A stretch of 64,000 bases of DNA, from positions 581,766-645,765 of the forward strand of contig NMRA01000034.1 in assembly GCA_002633005.1 (NCBI GenBank). The letters run 5' to 3'. Of this stretch, positions 1 through 13,317 are shown one piece after another (within the stretch, counting starts at the first letter, position 1; each line of letters begins with the position of its first letter). The position numbers were made by a program, and so were the translations under genes. Below the pieces are notes generated by a model. The model made no database searches and was not told the DNA's origin. It saw only the letters and a list, made by a program, of their open reading frames with translations. The DNA comes from Phoronis australis. Taxonomy: Eukaryota; Animalia; Phoronida.

Positions 1-1250
1 TGAGTGTTGCTGTGTTGCAAAATCTCTTATCCTGGGCCGATTTGAAAAATTCAAAGTTGTACTCATATTTGTTTTCGCTCCTCTTTTCAAATATTACAGT
101 AAAAACTACGTAAAACTCTCTCCATAAAAAGTACAGTCTGCTAGCTAGATTGTAATCAGCTGATCATATCCGCATGAGCGAAGCCAATTATCCTCGCTCG
201 TGACTCGATGACTAGAGCAGCTTGGCAGCATCCCTTTGATCGTGAGCCGAGTGCGACTCAGCCAAGGTGGATAAATACAGTCTAGTTCAATTTTCCATAC
301 CCCACCGTTTACCTTAACCACTGGGGTTAGGACCAATCTTATTTAGTGGGAATGTTCATAGCATGTACAAAGACTTAATAGCCTCAACTGTTAATGACAG
401 ATTCAGTCTCATAGATGGCAGTGTCAAAAATGGCCTCCACTACAATGCATTTTTTCTGATGAATTGTAGTCAGTGCCAACACTGACACCCATCACTGAAC
501 TCAAACCCCCAAACAAAAGATGCCTATCACAAAAGTTCAGGTGCAGTGATAACCAGCCATTCAAGTCTCAACCTGTCACAAGCATTCAATGTTGCCAATT
601 GGAAAGTTATGTACAATCCACACTACCAGTTACCCTTAAACAAGTTGGCCCTGGATGCCGACATCACTAGGTTTAGTAGCAGTCTGGATACTATTTGTGC
701 TTGGGCAACTAACCCAATTTAATCGAGTAGGACAACTTTTTCTATGGCAACTTGCCCCAAGCGCATGTTGCATAGTGGACACAAACTTGCAGACAAGGTG
801 TAAGTAATTACCAGGTGCGTATTCTGTGGTCAGGTACATAAATACGGCTGTCTAATCCTTTTTTGCGCCATATTTGTCGTACAGTATAGGGTGCATAGTG
901 TGGACGCTGGTCTAAACTAGAGCAAGGTGTTCTAGGGTAACTTTTACTGTGGACATGAATTTAGATGTAGTCTCTAATGTTGAGAGCAGCTTTTGTTTAA
1001 CTTTTTGTGGTCTTGTTTTTACTGGTGTCTTGTACAAGAGCCAAACAAAATATCCATGGAGCATCAATACTTTCCTGTTTGCGAGTCAAAGGTAAGTGAA
1101 CTGTTTGCCTTTTGGGAGCTAAACTTCCATCGAGATGGGTGTTCACAAAAACACTGACACAATTGCAAAAACACGTCTAGACTAAATATCATTTGAAAGC
1201 GGGGCAAGCAATTGAACAACAGCATTCACAAGAAAAGTCTGCCTATTTAC

Positions 1251-1431
1251 TCTGACTGTATAGCTCCACGAATCTCCGCTGATACTGGCTTAGCTCAGCG
1301 CGGGAAGGCACTTCGTCAATCTTCCGTTGCAATGCTGATATCTCACGGTTCTTGCGGGCCAGAAGAAGGCGGATCTTGTGCAGCTTCTCCTTGTCCGACT
1401 GGTACTGCCTGTCAATCAACGCAGCTCTCTC
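1251..1431 (-). CDS. CCDC93: CCDC93 internal coding exon (181 nt, [10 protein letters not shown]...[22 protein letters not shown]+A); gene continues off the left end
   Basis: tgttttcAG|GAGAGA...CAGA|GTAAAT. Contains the conserved CCDC93 coiled-coil motif [36 protein letters not shown]. Confidence 0.95.
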
Positions 1432-2050
1432 CTGAAAACATCCAATAACAATCACAGAGGGCGACCAGGCATAATAAAAACTGGTCAACAAACCAGTGCT
1501 GTAGTAGTTTATTGTATAAATCCAATCATAACTATTACTAACAAATCATCAACCATTCCAACAGAAAGACCTGATACTTAAATACTGCTAGTCTGTTTCA
1601 GGGCCCTAGAAAGATTTGGGTATCATGCAGTGGATGCCTTTGGGTCACCACCAAATTAAGTGGTCTGGTCAGAGTATTTAGGAGTCTAGTCAAAGAATTT
1701 AAAGCTGTCACAAATCAGCCATCTGCCATCAAAGAAAGTAACTATTAACCTAATTTTGATAGGCGTCATTACCACTATGGATGACATTCATCAGGAACGA
1801 TTTTTAGGGCTTGAAAACAACTGAGAGTCAAGACCATCCTCAACACAAACGACCTGGCATTGAGCCTGTCCTCAAGCAATTTAAAAATGTCAGCTTTTCC
1901 CAAACCTACTAATCACCTCTAATTAGAGTAAGATAGAATTTGAAACCAGTTTTATCATGATAACTGACATTTATTTTTCATTGGATGGTCAACTGATAGC
2001 AGCAGTGTTTCCTGAGTCTCAACATAATGTGCCTTTAGTTTTTAGTATAC

Positions 2051-2125
2051 CTGGTCTTCAGTCATCTCGTCGCCTGACTCGGACTTTAACTTAGCAATAT
2101 CATCCTGTAAGCGGGCCATTTCTTC
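2051..2125 (-). CDS. CCDC93: CCDC93 internal coding exon (75 nt, EEMARLQDDIAKLKSESGDEMTEDQ)
   Basis: ttttcttgcAG|GAAGAAATG...GACCAG|GTATAC, phase 0/0. Continues ...AHCK into EEM(A/T)RLQ as in CCDC93. Confidence 0.9.
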
Positions 2126-2997
2126 CTGCAAGAAAATCCTCCCATTAGAAATTGAGCCCGTTTCACAGCACGTTGTAGACCTGTTTATAAGGATATCTGA
2201 TCTAAGGTCATATTGTATGGAGTAGAGCACTTACCACATTAGCAATGGCTTCACAGCTATAAAACACTGGCTAAAATAAATTGATGTATCATGGATTACA
2301 GTTTGGCTACTGAAATTGAACTCCTCATAAATATAAGGAACATTTTTACGCAGATAAGCGCTCAGTTGAGTGGTGGTGTACTCAAGTCAAGTCGCGCCAT
2401 TGTGCATCTCAGGCACGTAATAAGACATATCAACAAACATGAAACAATACCTACACTATCATTTGGGGTTTTGTTACCTCAGCGAGCTTAAGCCAGACTG
2501 TGACTAACCCGTTATAATTGATTCGCAAATTAATGCTCGTGGCTTAGCCATGATACTGAAGAAAACTTATTCACTAATTTCTCTTATAATGCATTCTTGA
2601 TTTTAAAATTTCTAAGATGGCTATTACTTGTCAATTTTAAAAACAGTCATGTTTGCGATTTGCCTTAAGTTTATTGTTTGTTTTTTTACTTTGAAACTCG
2701 TATCCTAAACAGGCGTGTTGGTTTACGAAGCAACGCAATTATCTTATCCAGAAAGTTTGGCCAAGCCCATGAATAGCGACTGGCTCACTCCAATCTGTGA
2801 TGGCGCCATCAAGCCTTTGAAGTGTCAAGGACTTCGCTGGATACTCTGGGGTAAACAATGTAAGATTTCTCTTCCACTTGTGTGCAAATCCTGTTAGTGT
2901 AAGATTTGCCTAATGAAGGAACAGCAGTTCCAAAGCAAGTTATTTCTCTTTCCTCGTTTTTTTTTTGTAGTTAACCGATTTTTGCTGTTCAAACAAT

Positions 2998-4730
2998 AAC
3001 AAGAGCAACGCAGAGCGCTGAAATGCGCCCACGAATGCATTGCAAATGGTGTGCTTTTAGGGTTATTTGTATCATAAAAAATGGAAACTAGATGGCACAC
3101 AAACACACAATTCATCCAAAAACAGGAACATGCCATATTTTATAAAAATCTGTCAAGGAACTTCAGAGAAACAAAGGAAAACAGAGAAAATGAAATTGCC
3201 ACTAATGGGCACAGTGCCCGTTGGATCCGCCTGAAAGTGGTCGTCGTCTGTTGTTATCTTCATATAAATACACTTACTAAATTTAGTAAAGATCCTACAG
3301 TTGGTTTAAGAGATACAACTATGGGCGCAAAATAAAACTACCACTAGGATGCGCCACAGTAATCAGTCACCATCATCAAAGGTCGTCTTCACACTGAGAA
3401 CATATATGCCAATTTTCAAATGATTTGGTTGTTACAGGGATGGACACCAAAAACAAGATTTGAAAACAGCAAAAGTGGCCACTTATAAGGTGATGCAAAA
3501 TACCTCGATTCCATCCAAAAACAGGCAGATAGCATCATCACACCAATAGATGCCTATATTTAAAATTTTATGAAAATCTGTTGAGGACCTTTGAAGGTAC
3601 TGAGTTAAACATAAAAAACTAAAATTGACACCAGGGGGCACAGCAGTAGTCAGATCTGTCTGAAAGTCGTCGTCATCCGTAGTCAACATCACATAAATAC
3701 ACTTATTAAATTAAGTAAAGATCCTGCGAACGGTTTAGGAGATACAGCCATAGGCGCAAAAAAAACAGAACTGCCACTAGGAGGAACCACAGTAGTCGAA
3801 ATCGTCAGAAAATCATCGTCAACTGTCCTCTTTATAGTAAGCACATACATGCCAATTTTCACAATCACCCTTTGAGTGGTGGTTGATAGAGGGGCGGACG
3901 CAAAAAACAGACTCGAAAACAGTAAAAATGGCCACTAGGTGGCGCAAACTACGTCAATCCATCCGAAAACGGGAGGATAGCGTCACCTCACTAATAGGTG
4001 CCTACATATAAAATTTCATGAAAATCCGTTTAGGACTTTTGAAGATACAAAGGTAAACGTAAAAAGAATAAAATTGCCACTAGGGGGCACACCGGCAATC
4101 AGATCTGTCCAAAAGTCTTCATCATCTGTTGATAACACCATATAAATATACTTATTAAATTTTGTAAAGATCCTGCGAACGGTTTAGGAGATACAGCCAT
4201 AGGCGCAAAAAAACAAAACTGCCACTAGGAGGCATCACAGTATTCGAAATCGGCAGAAAATCGTCATCAACCGTCTTCTTTATAGTAAGCACATACATGC
4301 CAATTTTCACAATCATCCTTTGAGCGGTTTGGTTGATAGAGGGGTGGACGCAAAAAAACAACAAAAAAAACTCGAAAATGGTAAAAATGGCCACTAGGTG
4401 GCGCAAATTACGTCGAATCCATCTGAAAACGGGAAGATAGCATCATCTCACTAATAGGTGCCTAAATACCAAATTTCATGAAAATCGTACAGGACTTTTG
4501 AAGATACAAAGGTAAGCGTAAAAAAATAAAACTACCACTAGGGGGCACACCGGTAGTCGGATCTCTCCGAAAGTTCGCTAATGCCGTCCCATTCATGTAT
4601 GGAACATAATGCCAAGTCAAAGGCTTTTGGAGATAGAGCAACGGACGCTGGACGCCGGACGGACGTCGCCCGGACGGATGGACGGAGATGACGGCATAAT
4701 GTGTCCACATATAAATATGTGGGCGCATAA
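2998..4730 (-). mobile_element. Non-autonomous Helentron-associated element (HINE/DINE-1-like), family A, with internal ~450-bp tandem repeats
   Basis: Plus strand: AACAAG, a small hairpin and subTIR ATGCGCCCAC at the left. At the right, a GGAC-type microsatellite (~4640-4685) and a hairpin ending GTGGGCGCAT-AA. Internal units have a period of about 448-459 bp. This is DINE-1/HINE architecture. Confidence 0.75.
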
Positions 4731-5086
4731 AAACGAGATGTGCATGCGCCATTGCCAATATTTCCGCCATCTTTGACCGGAAGTTAACGATATACGGCTC
4801 AGTTGTAGTACTTGTGTGCTATGATAATTGTACCAATTTTCAGTCCTGCACGTCGGAAAATGCGGCCTCTATGAGCATTTGAATCTGAAACTGGAAACAA
4901 AATGGCCGACATGTCTGCCATTTTGAATCCGATCATGACCAAAAACAATAGGCTTCCAGGACTTCCCGATCTACACGTCGTGTGTGAATTTCATGCAAAA
5001 TGGACGAAAATTGCGACCTGTAGAGGGCGAACAAAAAAAACTTGATGGCAAAGCAACATACTTGGCGATAGAATTACGCCAAGTAA
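4731..5086 (-). mobile_element. Partial HINE family B (5' end only)
   Basis: Reverse-complement match to about 27606-27980. Ends with hairpin TACTTGGCG-atagaatta-CGCCAAGTA. Confidence 0.7.
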
Positions 5087-5788
5087 AGATCCATTTCCAA
5101 TGATGGATTTAGCTTTTATAGTCCACAGTGTTTTAAAATGGTCAGGAAAATATGTTGCCACCTACAGACAGCAGTTATCTCTGTTCCCAAATTCCCAAAC
5201 AAAAGAAGCCAGCCATAAAAGTCCAGGGGCTGGCTCAGGGTAAATGGCTATTGTAATCCTCAACTATATCAAGTACTCATAGTTGCCAGTTGGAAAATGA
5301 GATGTAGCACCTAATGGCATTTTTTGTCATAAAAAAATAAATGCTTTCTGGTTTATATGTTCTATACAATAGCTGCCATCAGACAATGTCTTGACACACT
5401 GTAGGCACTCCAAACAATGTTAGCAGTGTTTAAAAATGAAAAATGGTCGTTTCAGTGTCACTGGTGAAATTTACAGTACTGTTCATGTGTAGGTCTGCAC
5501 CTGTCCGTGAAACGGTCATTTATAGACCAGTCAATTTTAATGAATATCACGTGATCAGGAATGGCAGACATGTCAATAAATGGATCATAAAGATTTGGGC
5601 GTGTCACTATATTTGACAATAGGGTCGTCCCGGATTACATGGCGACACTTGAATCTCGCAGTATTTACCCACAATGTCGCAAACATCCGTCAGGCACATT
5701 TGCTGCCTTTTTTCGTGCCACTCGAGTTTCACTTGTTAATTGTTGCTGACTGATTTTTCTAGGTTGCATTACTCTATTCGTTCCTCCA

Positions 5789-6012
5789 ATGCCAACGAGG
5801 TATTACTGCTGTACTGTGGGCTACAACTCCGACGTGAAAATTTTGATAAACTGGCCAAATATCTGTGGATGCGTGATCCAAAATTTGTGGCCTTCACGAC
5901 ATCAATGAGAGACACAAAAATGTGCCTGATTTCCAAAACTAGCTCAGGCACTTTCTTATCTCAAGGACAAAGGAGAGTTCTATCACCGTGTATTCCCGGT
6001 CGGCCCTATTGT
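5789..6012 (+). pseudogene. Decayed THAP-domain coding fragment, probably from a DNA transposon
   Basis: Frameshifted translation MPTRYYCCTVGYNS.../DKLAKYLWMRDPKFVAF.../RRVLSPCIPGRP resembles THAP MPxxCCxxGC...F.FP...RVCSxHF..G.P. Several key residues are mutated. Confidence 0.4.
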
Positions 6013-6145
6013 TGACTCAAGTTGTCAAGAAAGTAAACTGTTAGATGTGGTACTTTGCAAGTCACATTCCACTGATGAAGTCACTTGATGGGTTTCAAAC
6101 GACCAAGACTAGACTTCATAGATCCACTCCTGGATTGTCACTCAC

Positions 6146-6227
6146 CTTGCAGTGGGCTCTGAACTCCTGCTCCTGCTTCTTAAGGTTTTCATTCATGGCC
6201 ACCAGGGAGCGCAACGTGTCCAGGACA
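6146..6227 (-). CDS. CCDC93: CCDC93 internal coding exon (82 nt, T+[27 protein letters not shown])
   Basis: ttccttattaaAG|TGTCCTG...TGCAAG|GTGAGT. Near-identical to CCDC93 [26 protein letters not shown]. The acceptor is the less common AAG type. Confidence 0.93.
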
Positions 6228-7256
6228 CTTTAATAAGGAACAGCCATTACAACACATTCAAGCAAATTAAGCTGATGAATCTCGTCAAAACGTAACGTTG
6301 GGTTTTGATTAACCAATAATTGTTCCTTAATCAGACTGAAGGGGATTTCTGGGCCACTGAACCTTACACGCAGCGAATTTTGGTGGCATAAAATTTACAT
6401 ATGACAAAAAAATTACAAATGTACAATTATTTTGCTCAAAAAGAATGGTCTAGATTCACAGTAATTTTCTTACATATTTCACAGGACGATTACATTTCTA
6501 CAACTCAAAATCAATATCAACAATTACATAATAAAATTTTTCACAAGTCTATTTTGTTGAGAAATTTGCCAAAAATAAAATTTCAGAGAGTAATCTGTCA
6601 CCGAGTGCGCGGACAGTCTGTGGATTGTGCAATACAAACCATGGCAACAACTGATCAAAATCATCACATTGTCTAATTTGTTAAGAAATTTAACAAAAAA
6701 TAGAATTCCAACCATATGTCATCTGTGCTGACAGTCTGTGGCTTATGCAAAATACATTGGGAATAATACCATTGCCAGCAAGATTTGAAACGTTTTATAT
6801 AGCCTCATGTAATTCTCAAACAAAATGCTCGTCACCAGACCGGCATTACTTTTGAGGGACAGCCATAGTTGACCAATCTACAATATTGCAAGGATCATTT
6901 TAGAAAAATGTGGGTATGGGTTAATTGACCCACACAGCTTCAAGTCTATGGGTCAGTTTGCATTACCTGTGGTCCAGTTTGGGAGACTATGGGCTTCCAA
7001 TTATAACGGGTTCGTCGGCCCGAATTAAGCAATCGCAGTGTCTCAATGAAAATATTTTTTGGCCAACACCGGGCGCACTCCTAAAATTATTCCTGTATTG
7101 ATGGCACCAAGATGGCAGTCTTTGGTTTGACTTGGATAAAAATATTCCACGATTATTATAGATGAACAAATGGTATCAGTAAATTAAATCTCACCAATCT
7201 TAAAGAAAAATTAAGGAAAAAATGTCATTTTTCATTTAGCACAGGGTTTATCATTG

Positions 7257-8446
7257 TTATTAGTCTGCGTGTGTAAGCGCAGAGTACTGTTGTTCCTGGG
7301 TTTTCTTCAATTTTATTCTTCTTATTCTTCATCCGACCAACTTTGAGGCTTAATAACTCCAAATTGGGTGCAGGTACGGTCTTTAAATTAAGCATATGAC
7401 TTTTGACAGTATATAAATTTTGATCGGTTGTATAATCATATTCCATATTGCACCGGAAGAGGTCGTTTGATGCAAAGGTCATATAATTTTCAAAATGCTA
7501 CTCCTCCTTCAGTTTTAAAGCTATCTTTTTCAAATTCGGTGTACAGGTACAAGTAAACATTACAATTTAAAAAATTACTTTGCAAACTATAATTTTGCGC
7601 TAGACACTTCAAATTGACAGGTTTGATTGCCACAGGTAAATCAAATTGGAATCCAAAGTTTCAGGTCATTTAGTGCAAACATCGGGTCATTAGGTGCATT
7701 TTTCTTCTGAAAATTTGACCTTTTCAATCAGCAAGTTTTCTGATGTGTCAACCATTAGACAACTGTGATTCTCAGCGTTAAACACATTTTCCATGGGCTT
7801 TGCAATAATTCTCCTAAAGATGCTTAAAATGCACCGGATAAGGTCAATTAGTGCAAAGGTCATGTAACGTGCAAAATGTTATATCTCTTATGTTTTTCAA
7901 GGAATTCTTTTCAATTTCAGTACACTGGTGTAAGTCAATATGCCAATTGAATACCCTACTTGACTTCGCAATAGGCCTAACCAATCAGAAAAAGAGGTCA
8001 AAGGTCATTGAGTGCAAACTAAAATTTTGAGCTAGAGACTTCAGAATTACGTATCTGTTTACTAAGTGCGATTGAGTTTGAATTCTAAATTTTCAGGTCA
8101 TTTGGTGCACCCATGGGGTCATTAGGTGCATTTTTCTTCTGAAAGTTTGACCACTTCATTCATCTTGTATTCTGAAGTGCTTAAAGTAAAACATCCGTGA
8201 TTATTAGCATTAACCACACTTTTAATTGAGTTAACAATTACTCCCTCATCGGGGCTCATAATGCACCGGAAGAGCTCAATTAGTGGAAAGGTCATCAAAA
8301 ATTAATAAGTAATTTTTCCTACAATTTTAAAGAATTCCTTTTCATATTGGTAAACGGGTTGCTGTCAGTAACTTCCCATAACAATTCCAGTAATACGCAC
8401 GCGCAGAGTCCGTTATTGTCATGCCGTGACAATAATCTTTCTAGTT
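7257..8446 (+). mobile_element. HINE/DINE-1-like element, family C, with ~380-430-bp internal tandem repeats
   Basis: 5' end (c)tctgcgtgtg-taag-cgcagagt plus a TTC-rich tract. 3' subTIR CACGCGCAGAG, hairpin TTATTGTCA-tgccg-TGACAATAA and CTAGTT end. Unit tgcaccgga...aaaggtcat recurs at about 7449, 7829 and 8262. Confidence 0.7.
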
Positions 8447-9723
8447 TTTTAATACTGTTATAGTGCAAAACTTGAAAACGGTAAAGCAATAACTTGGTAC
8501 AACATATGATTTATGAACAACTGAGAAAATGGCATTTCAGTAGTCTGCGATGTTGTGTCATCAATTGATGAGATTTTACAGTATCTGTCAACGAATTAAG
8601 ACACATTCAATACTCTATCAAGTACTTTTAACTTACTAGGTTAATTGAGAGCCGTATTATTATGAGGCCATTTCCCATACAGTTGTCTTCTCTACTATCG
8701 AAGCTTTGACGTTAACTGTGGTTAACCCCAAAGTTAATCGTTAGTGTTCTTATCAGCTTCGGAGTTTAAATCCAGTGAAGTTATTGCAAGATGGCACTAA
8801 TATCACCTTTGGTCATATGCTTAGCGGTTTTTGTCAACGCTAGCCATCAAAAATGGCAAGGATCTCTCCCTCTCCCCTAATGGAAACAAGAATGTCAACT
8901 TCACAGGCAGCCAACGGTTGGGACAATGACGATGTACTACAAAATGACACATGAAAAATTGACTCTTGAGCAAGCTAAAAACTGATTCGAACAAAGGTGG
9001 TAGGTATGGCATAGCAGGAACTCGTTTTGCATTACACTTTGTGTTCAGTGATTTGTTATTATAAAGAATCCAGCAAATACATGGATAAATTGAAACAGAA
9101 TGCTTATCCTACTAAAATAATAACAATCAGTAACCGGTTACCGCCCACTGTTGCCAAACACAGGCAGTGACCCCTGCTGATATTACTCCAACGGCATCAC
9201 AGATAAATTTTCCCATTGTAGCGAAGCATCGAAACTTCCCTATTAAATCCACCTCTTTACTTCAGAGCTAACTCGCACTGTTAACTTTGATTCAAGACTG
9301 AAGTTAAGTGTTAACATTGACCGAAGCTTCCGCAACACCAAAGGCCCTTTCTTTTTCCCATGTGAGTGGTGCGTTAATGTAAGCTGCAAAGTTAACTGAA
9401 CCATTCATACTAGCTTTGGTAGTTAAAACCATCGAAGTAAGTGGTAGGTGGCGCTGTTGTCATCAAGTTATTGTAAGGCAGCGATGATGCATGAGTTGAC
9501 ATTCGAGGTAGATTGAGAAATGGTGGGATTTTCCTATGCACGCACTAAAATTTCTTTAATGTGACAATTTGAGATCATTTACGTGTGATAATAGAAATAA
9601 AACGTATTTCTAATTCAACTGATGATTATTTGAGTAAAATGTTAGCAAATATTAGCGACGACACAGCCCCTTAACTGTTAACGATAACAGTGGCCCTGGC
9701 GATAACTTCAATGAGACCGGAGA

Positions 9724-9868
9724 TGACCATTCATACCGCACTTCAGCGTCGATGTTCCGCTGTTAAATCCCCGTTTACTGCAATGTTAACTGGTGCCATT
9801 AATTTCGATCCAGGATCAACCACAACTCCCCAAAACGTCGACATGTCGACGTTAGTACATAAGGGCTT
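9724..9868 (-). mobile_element. Short MITE, PIF/Harbinger-like (related copies at 27138-27302, 52462-52624, ~9225-9345, ~8660-8800)
   Basis: Shared core gctgttaaatcc...gttaact...ttaa(c/t)ttcgatcca(g/a)ga...actccccaaaa, with degenerate GGCCCTTTCATAC-type termini. Superfamily is inferred. Confidence 0.5.
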
Positions 9869-10944
9869 TTGATGAAATCGAAGCTCAAGAGTCAGTAAAG
9901 TGCAAAATAGTAACATTGAGATGTAATTATCGCAAAGCAATGCTTTTGAAAAAGTTATCCAATGGGTAAGATTTAAAAAACAATTAAAATAACAATTAAT
10001 GAGGGTTTGTGCCATACAGTTCAGTCAAGCTTACTCAACATTAGTAATACATCAGAACATGGCATGTATGGTGTCTTTCAATTACTTCGCAACAGATCTG
10101 TCATATTAAAAACAATCAAAAAACTCTCTCAGCATTCTATAAAGTTGCTCAATCCATGTTTTTTTAACATTTTTGATTGGTTGTTATTTGTTTCGAGCTG
10201 AAACAATATTTTACAAGCTCTGAAAAACTTTTTTAAAAATTTCCGCACACTAAGGCATTGAGGACACTGGAGTTTGAGTCAATGTGCCAAACTTTTCTTG
10301 GGATACCAAATAATTTTTTCCGCGATTATTGTCAAAGAATGCACTTTGGGAATGTTTTGTACCTGGATCAAAAGTCATGGTTTGTTTCGAGGCATCACAT
10401 TCAAAAATTGCAGTTACATGTGATTTTAAAAATAAAATCACCAATTAAAATCGTTTTATTTGTCAAACGTAGGTTCAGCAACTGAGGCTTCTATCGACAA
10501 TAGAAACCATACATCCAAGTGTTATATTCCCCTTAAATATATTTTGCTTAGAAATTTTTTTGCCAATAGTTGACGGACTGTAATCGACACAACATAGGGG
10601 AAGAATTAACACTGTGGCATGAAAACGACTCGTTGCAAGAATGTGGAATTGTCGGACCAATCAGAGAACTGGTACACTCGGATAAATACAAATTTAGAAA
10701 CGCACAGACTTTAGTGTTATTCTTAATCCACTTACTCCACAATATGGCAGGGAAGTAAAATCTAATTATTGTTGAATTTTGTAACAAGGAATAAAAATAA
10801 AGAACATTTTAAAGCACTAAAAGCCTGATTTGTATGGAAATGACGTAAAACAACATTATGCAAAGTCTCCATCATTAGCACCAAAAGCCTATGCAGAATG
10901 GGTAATATTTATATGCGAAAAAGAAGAACTACGCTATCACCTAC

Positions 10945-11018
10945 CCAGAGCTTTCCTGGTTCTCTAAAACACTTAGCTTGTCCATTTCTTGATCAATGCG
11001 TTCGCTGTAAGCCTGCAC
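10945..11018 (-). CDS. CCDC93: CCDC93 internal coding exon (74 nt, VQAYSERIDQEMDKLSVLENQESS+GG)
   Basis: Minus strand reads attcttttttAG|GTGCAG...TCTGG|GTAGGT. The translation aligns with the human CCDC93 segment LKTYSEKLDKEQAALEKIESKADPS (recalled). It ends in phase 2, matching the first base of the 6146-6227 exon. Not represented in the ORF track. Confidence 0.88.
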
Positions 11019-13317
11019 CTAAAAAAGAATACAATACCTTGACTTAAAAATAAATTAAAAACAAGCAGACAAAAGCTAGCTAACCAGAAAACACAGAAAA
11101 TACAAAAATGGGATTTGTGCTTTGGTGCCTGCATCTTATTTAGTGTGTCTCCCACACCATAGATGAAGGATTGGTGTTTGAAACATATAGTGTTTTATCT
11201 TATTCTTAGTTATACCAGGAATTTATCTATTCCATAAATTTTATTCATTTTCATCATGGTCACGGTAATTTTATCTATTGATTCACTTCTAATCAAAAAA
11301 TATCTTACTACAACAACATTTTTATATTGCCAAACAAGTAAAAAAATGACATATTTCATAGTCATGTATGAGATCATTGTAAAATTTCTGACAATTCGGC
11401 TTAATCATTGGAATTTCTGTCCTACGATGAGAGACCACTATTTAAAGAAAAACGCTAGTCTGAGAACAAAAAGTACCAGAAAAGATAGTTTAAGTAGCGG
11501 TTCTTGGATGCAGAAAAATGGATTAAGTTTAAAAGTTAAAGGGGCATTTCGCCTAAAACGGAAATCACAAAATTAATTCTTGCAAATTCATTGTCTCGAC
11601 GTTTCTCTTACCATGTTAGCAATTGATTTCCACTATTACAAGGAACTGAAGAGTCGTCTGATATCGAGTTGATGAGGCATAGTTTTTTGCAAGATAACAG
11701 ACACTGCCAAAACTACAAATGAGCATCGTTTTGGTGTGGATAGGTTTGAAACATCATCGATCTGTGTGATAAAGTAACCTGCTACAGTTTAAATGTAGAG
11801 TAAATTGGAAATGCTTTATTAAGAGGAATTTTAAGAGCATCTTCAGTGGATGGCTATACAGACAACTACAGCTCATTCTCAACCAGTTTGTGCAAGCACC
11901 CTTAACAGTCCTCTTAATATTTGTGAACCCTAGAACCCGAACTGCAACAGATCCTTTTGTGACTTTCGTTTCTGATAAGTGAATTTTCATAAAACCGTAT
12001 TCTGTCACGGTAACAAAAACTCCTAGGATGCAATTCAAGTTGTCAGAAATTTCCTAATGAACCCATACATGGGTGAATTATGTCTCGTATGTTCTAAATT
12101 TCCTGAAAAAAAAACGTGCAAAGTAGCCATGTTCAAATGCCAAAAGGCGGTTGGCTGAACCTATGTGCGCCTATACCTTATTTCCTATCACAAAGTTTGG
12201 TGAGTCGATTCTGTTCATAGTCAGTAACATTGCTGTTTATGCTCGTGTGAATTTCTTGTCAGCAATAACAAATCTGCACGCTGTCTAAAACCGCAAAACG
12301 AAAAGTTGTCAATCGCATAAATTCTAAGATTATGGACAAAGTCGATTTTGCCGACTTTCTTATATTTCACGGACTTCGGACGGCCAATATTGCCTATTTC
12401 GGACAGGTTCTGACATTAGAAGTCGATGCTGAAGTTTATTATCTGGTTATTAATGCACGTGCGGAAAGAGATCTCAGCGAATTGAAAATGAGCAACATTC
12501 TTTCAATTAATTGGCAAATTTATCAAGAGGATGGTGTTCATAGAATATAAATAAAGGGTTCTGAATGGAATGTCCACATTTGAAGCGTTAATTGACATAA
12601 CTGAACATATGATTCAAGCCGTGTAACGTGCGTATTAATACCTCAATGCTAAATGGTCACAAGCTTTTTGTTTCTTGGCAAGTTGTGCATAAATTTTTGC
12701 CGTTCCACGACTGTATATGATCGATTTTAATCACAATTTAGTAATATGGAACTAAAATTTTAAATAAATGCCTAAATTATTATATAAGTGAATTCTATTC
12801 TGATGTCTTCTTTCTCAAGGCTTTGTCAATGATTACGTAACATTGCACAAACAATTTGTGTGGTTAGCTGGCTCACTTTTTAGAGGTATTGTTAGGAAGG
12901 CTTTGTCATGAAGGACAGCCGGCAACTAGGGAAGGGAAGGGGTCGCACTCTGAGCATGCTGACCCTCATGATTTACCAAACTGGAGATTAAAGAATAAGT
13001 TGATGGTGAAATAAAATTTTATTAAAGTTCATTTTGGGGGGAAATTAGAGAAAGTGAAATTGCATTAACCTACTATTTCAGTGCCATTAAAAGGTTTTCA
13101 ACTTCCGTTAGTGAGATGTTAAACAAGCGTGGGCGTGAAAGGTAAATGTACAAATGACAACTACTAAGCTTAAAAATAGTAATTTGGAATTGACAGTATT
13201 AGCAAGCATCCTGTTTTTGATTAGTGTCAGTCTCCACCATGCCTGCACAGTGAAAAATATTTACAGGTACATTTTGCTCTGTTTAGCTGTCACTTAAATC
13301 TCATTTGGAATTCTTAA

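Noticed and set aside
6073-6101. ctgatgaagtcacttgatgggtttcaaacg, resembling a Penelope-type hammerhead ribozyme
   Set aside because: Stem II does not pair and the GAAA core is missing. The similar ctgatga at about 56593 also lacks GAAA.
7996-8008. Perfect DR1 AGGTCAAAGGTCA
   Set aside because: Part of the tandem unit of a HINE repeat, with no promoter context.
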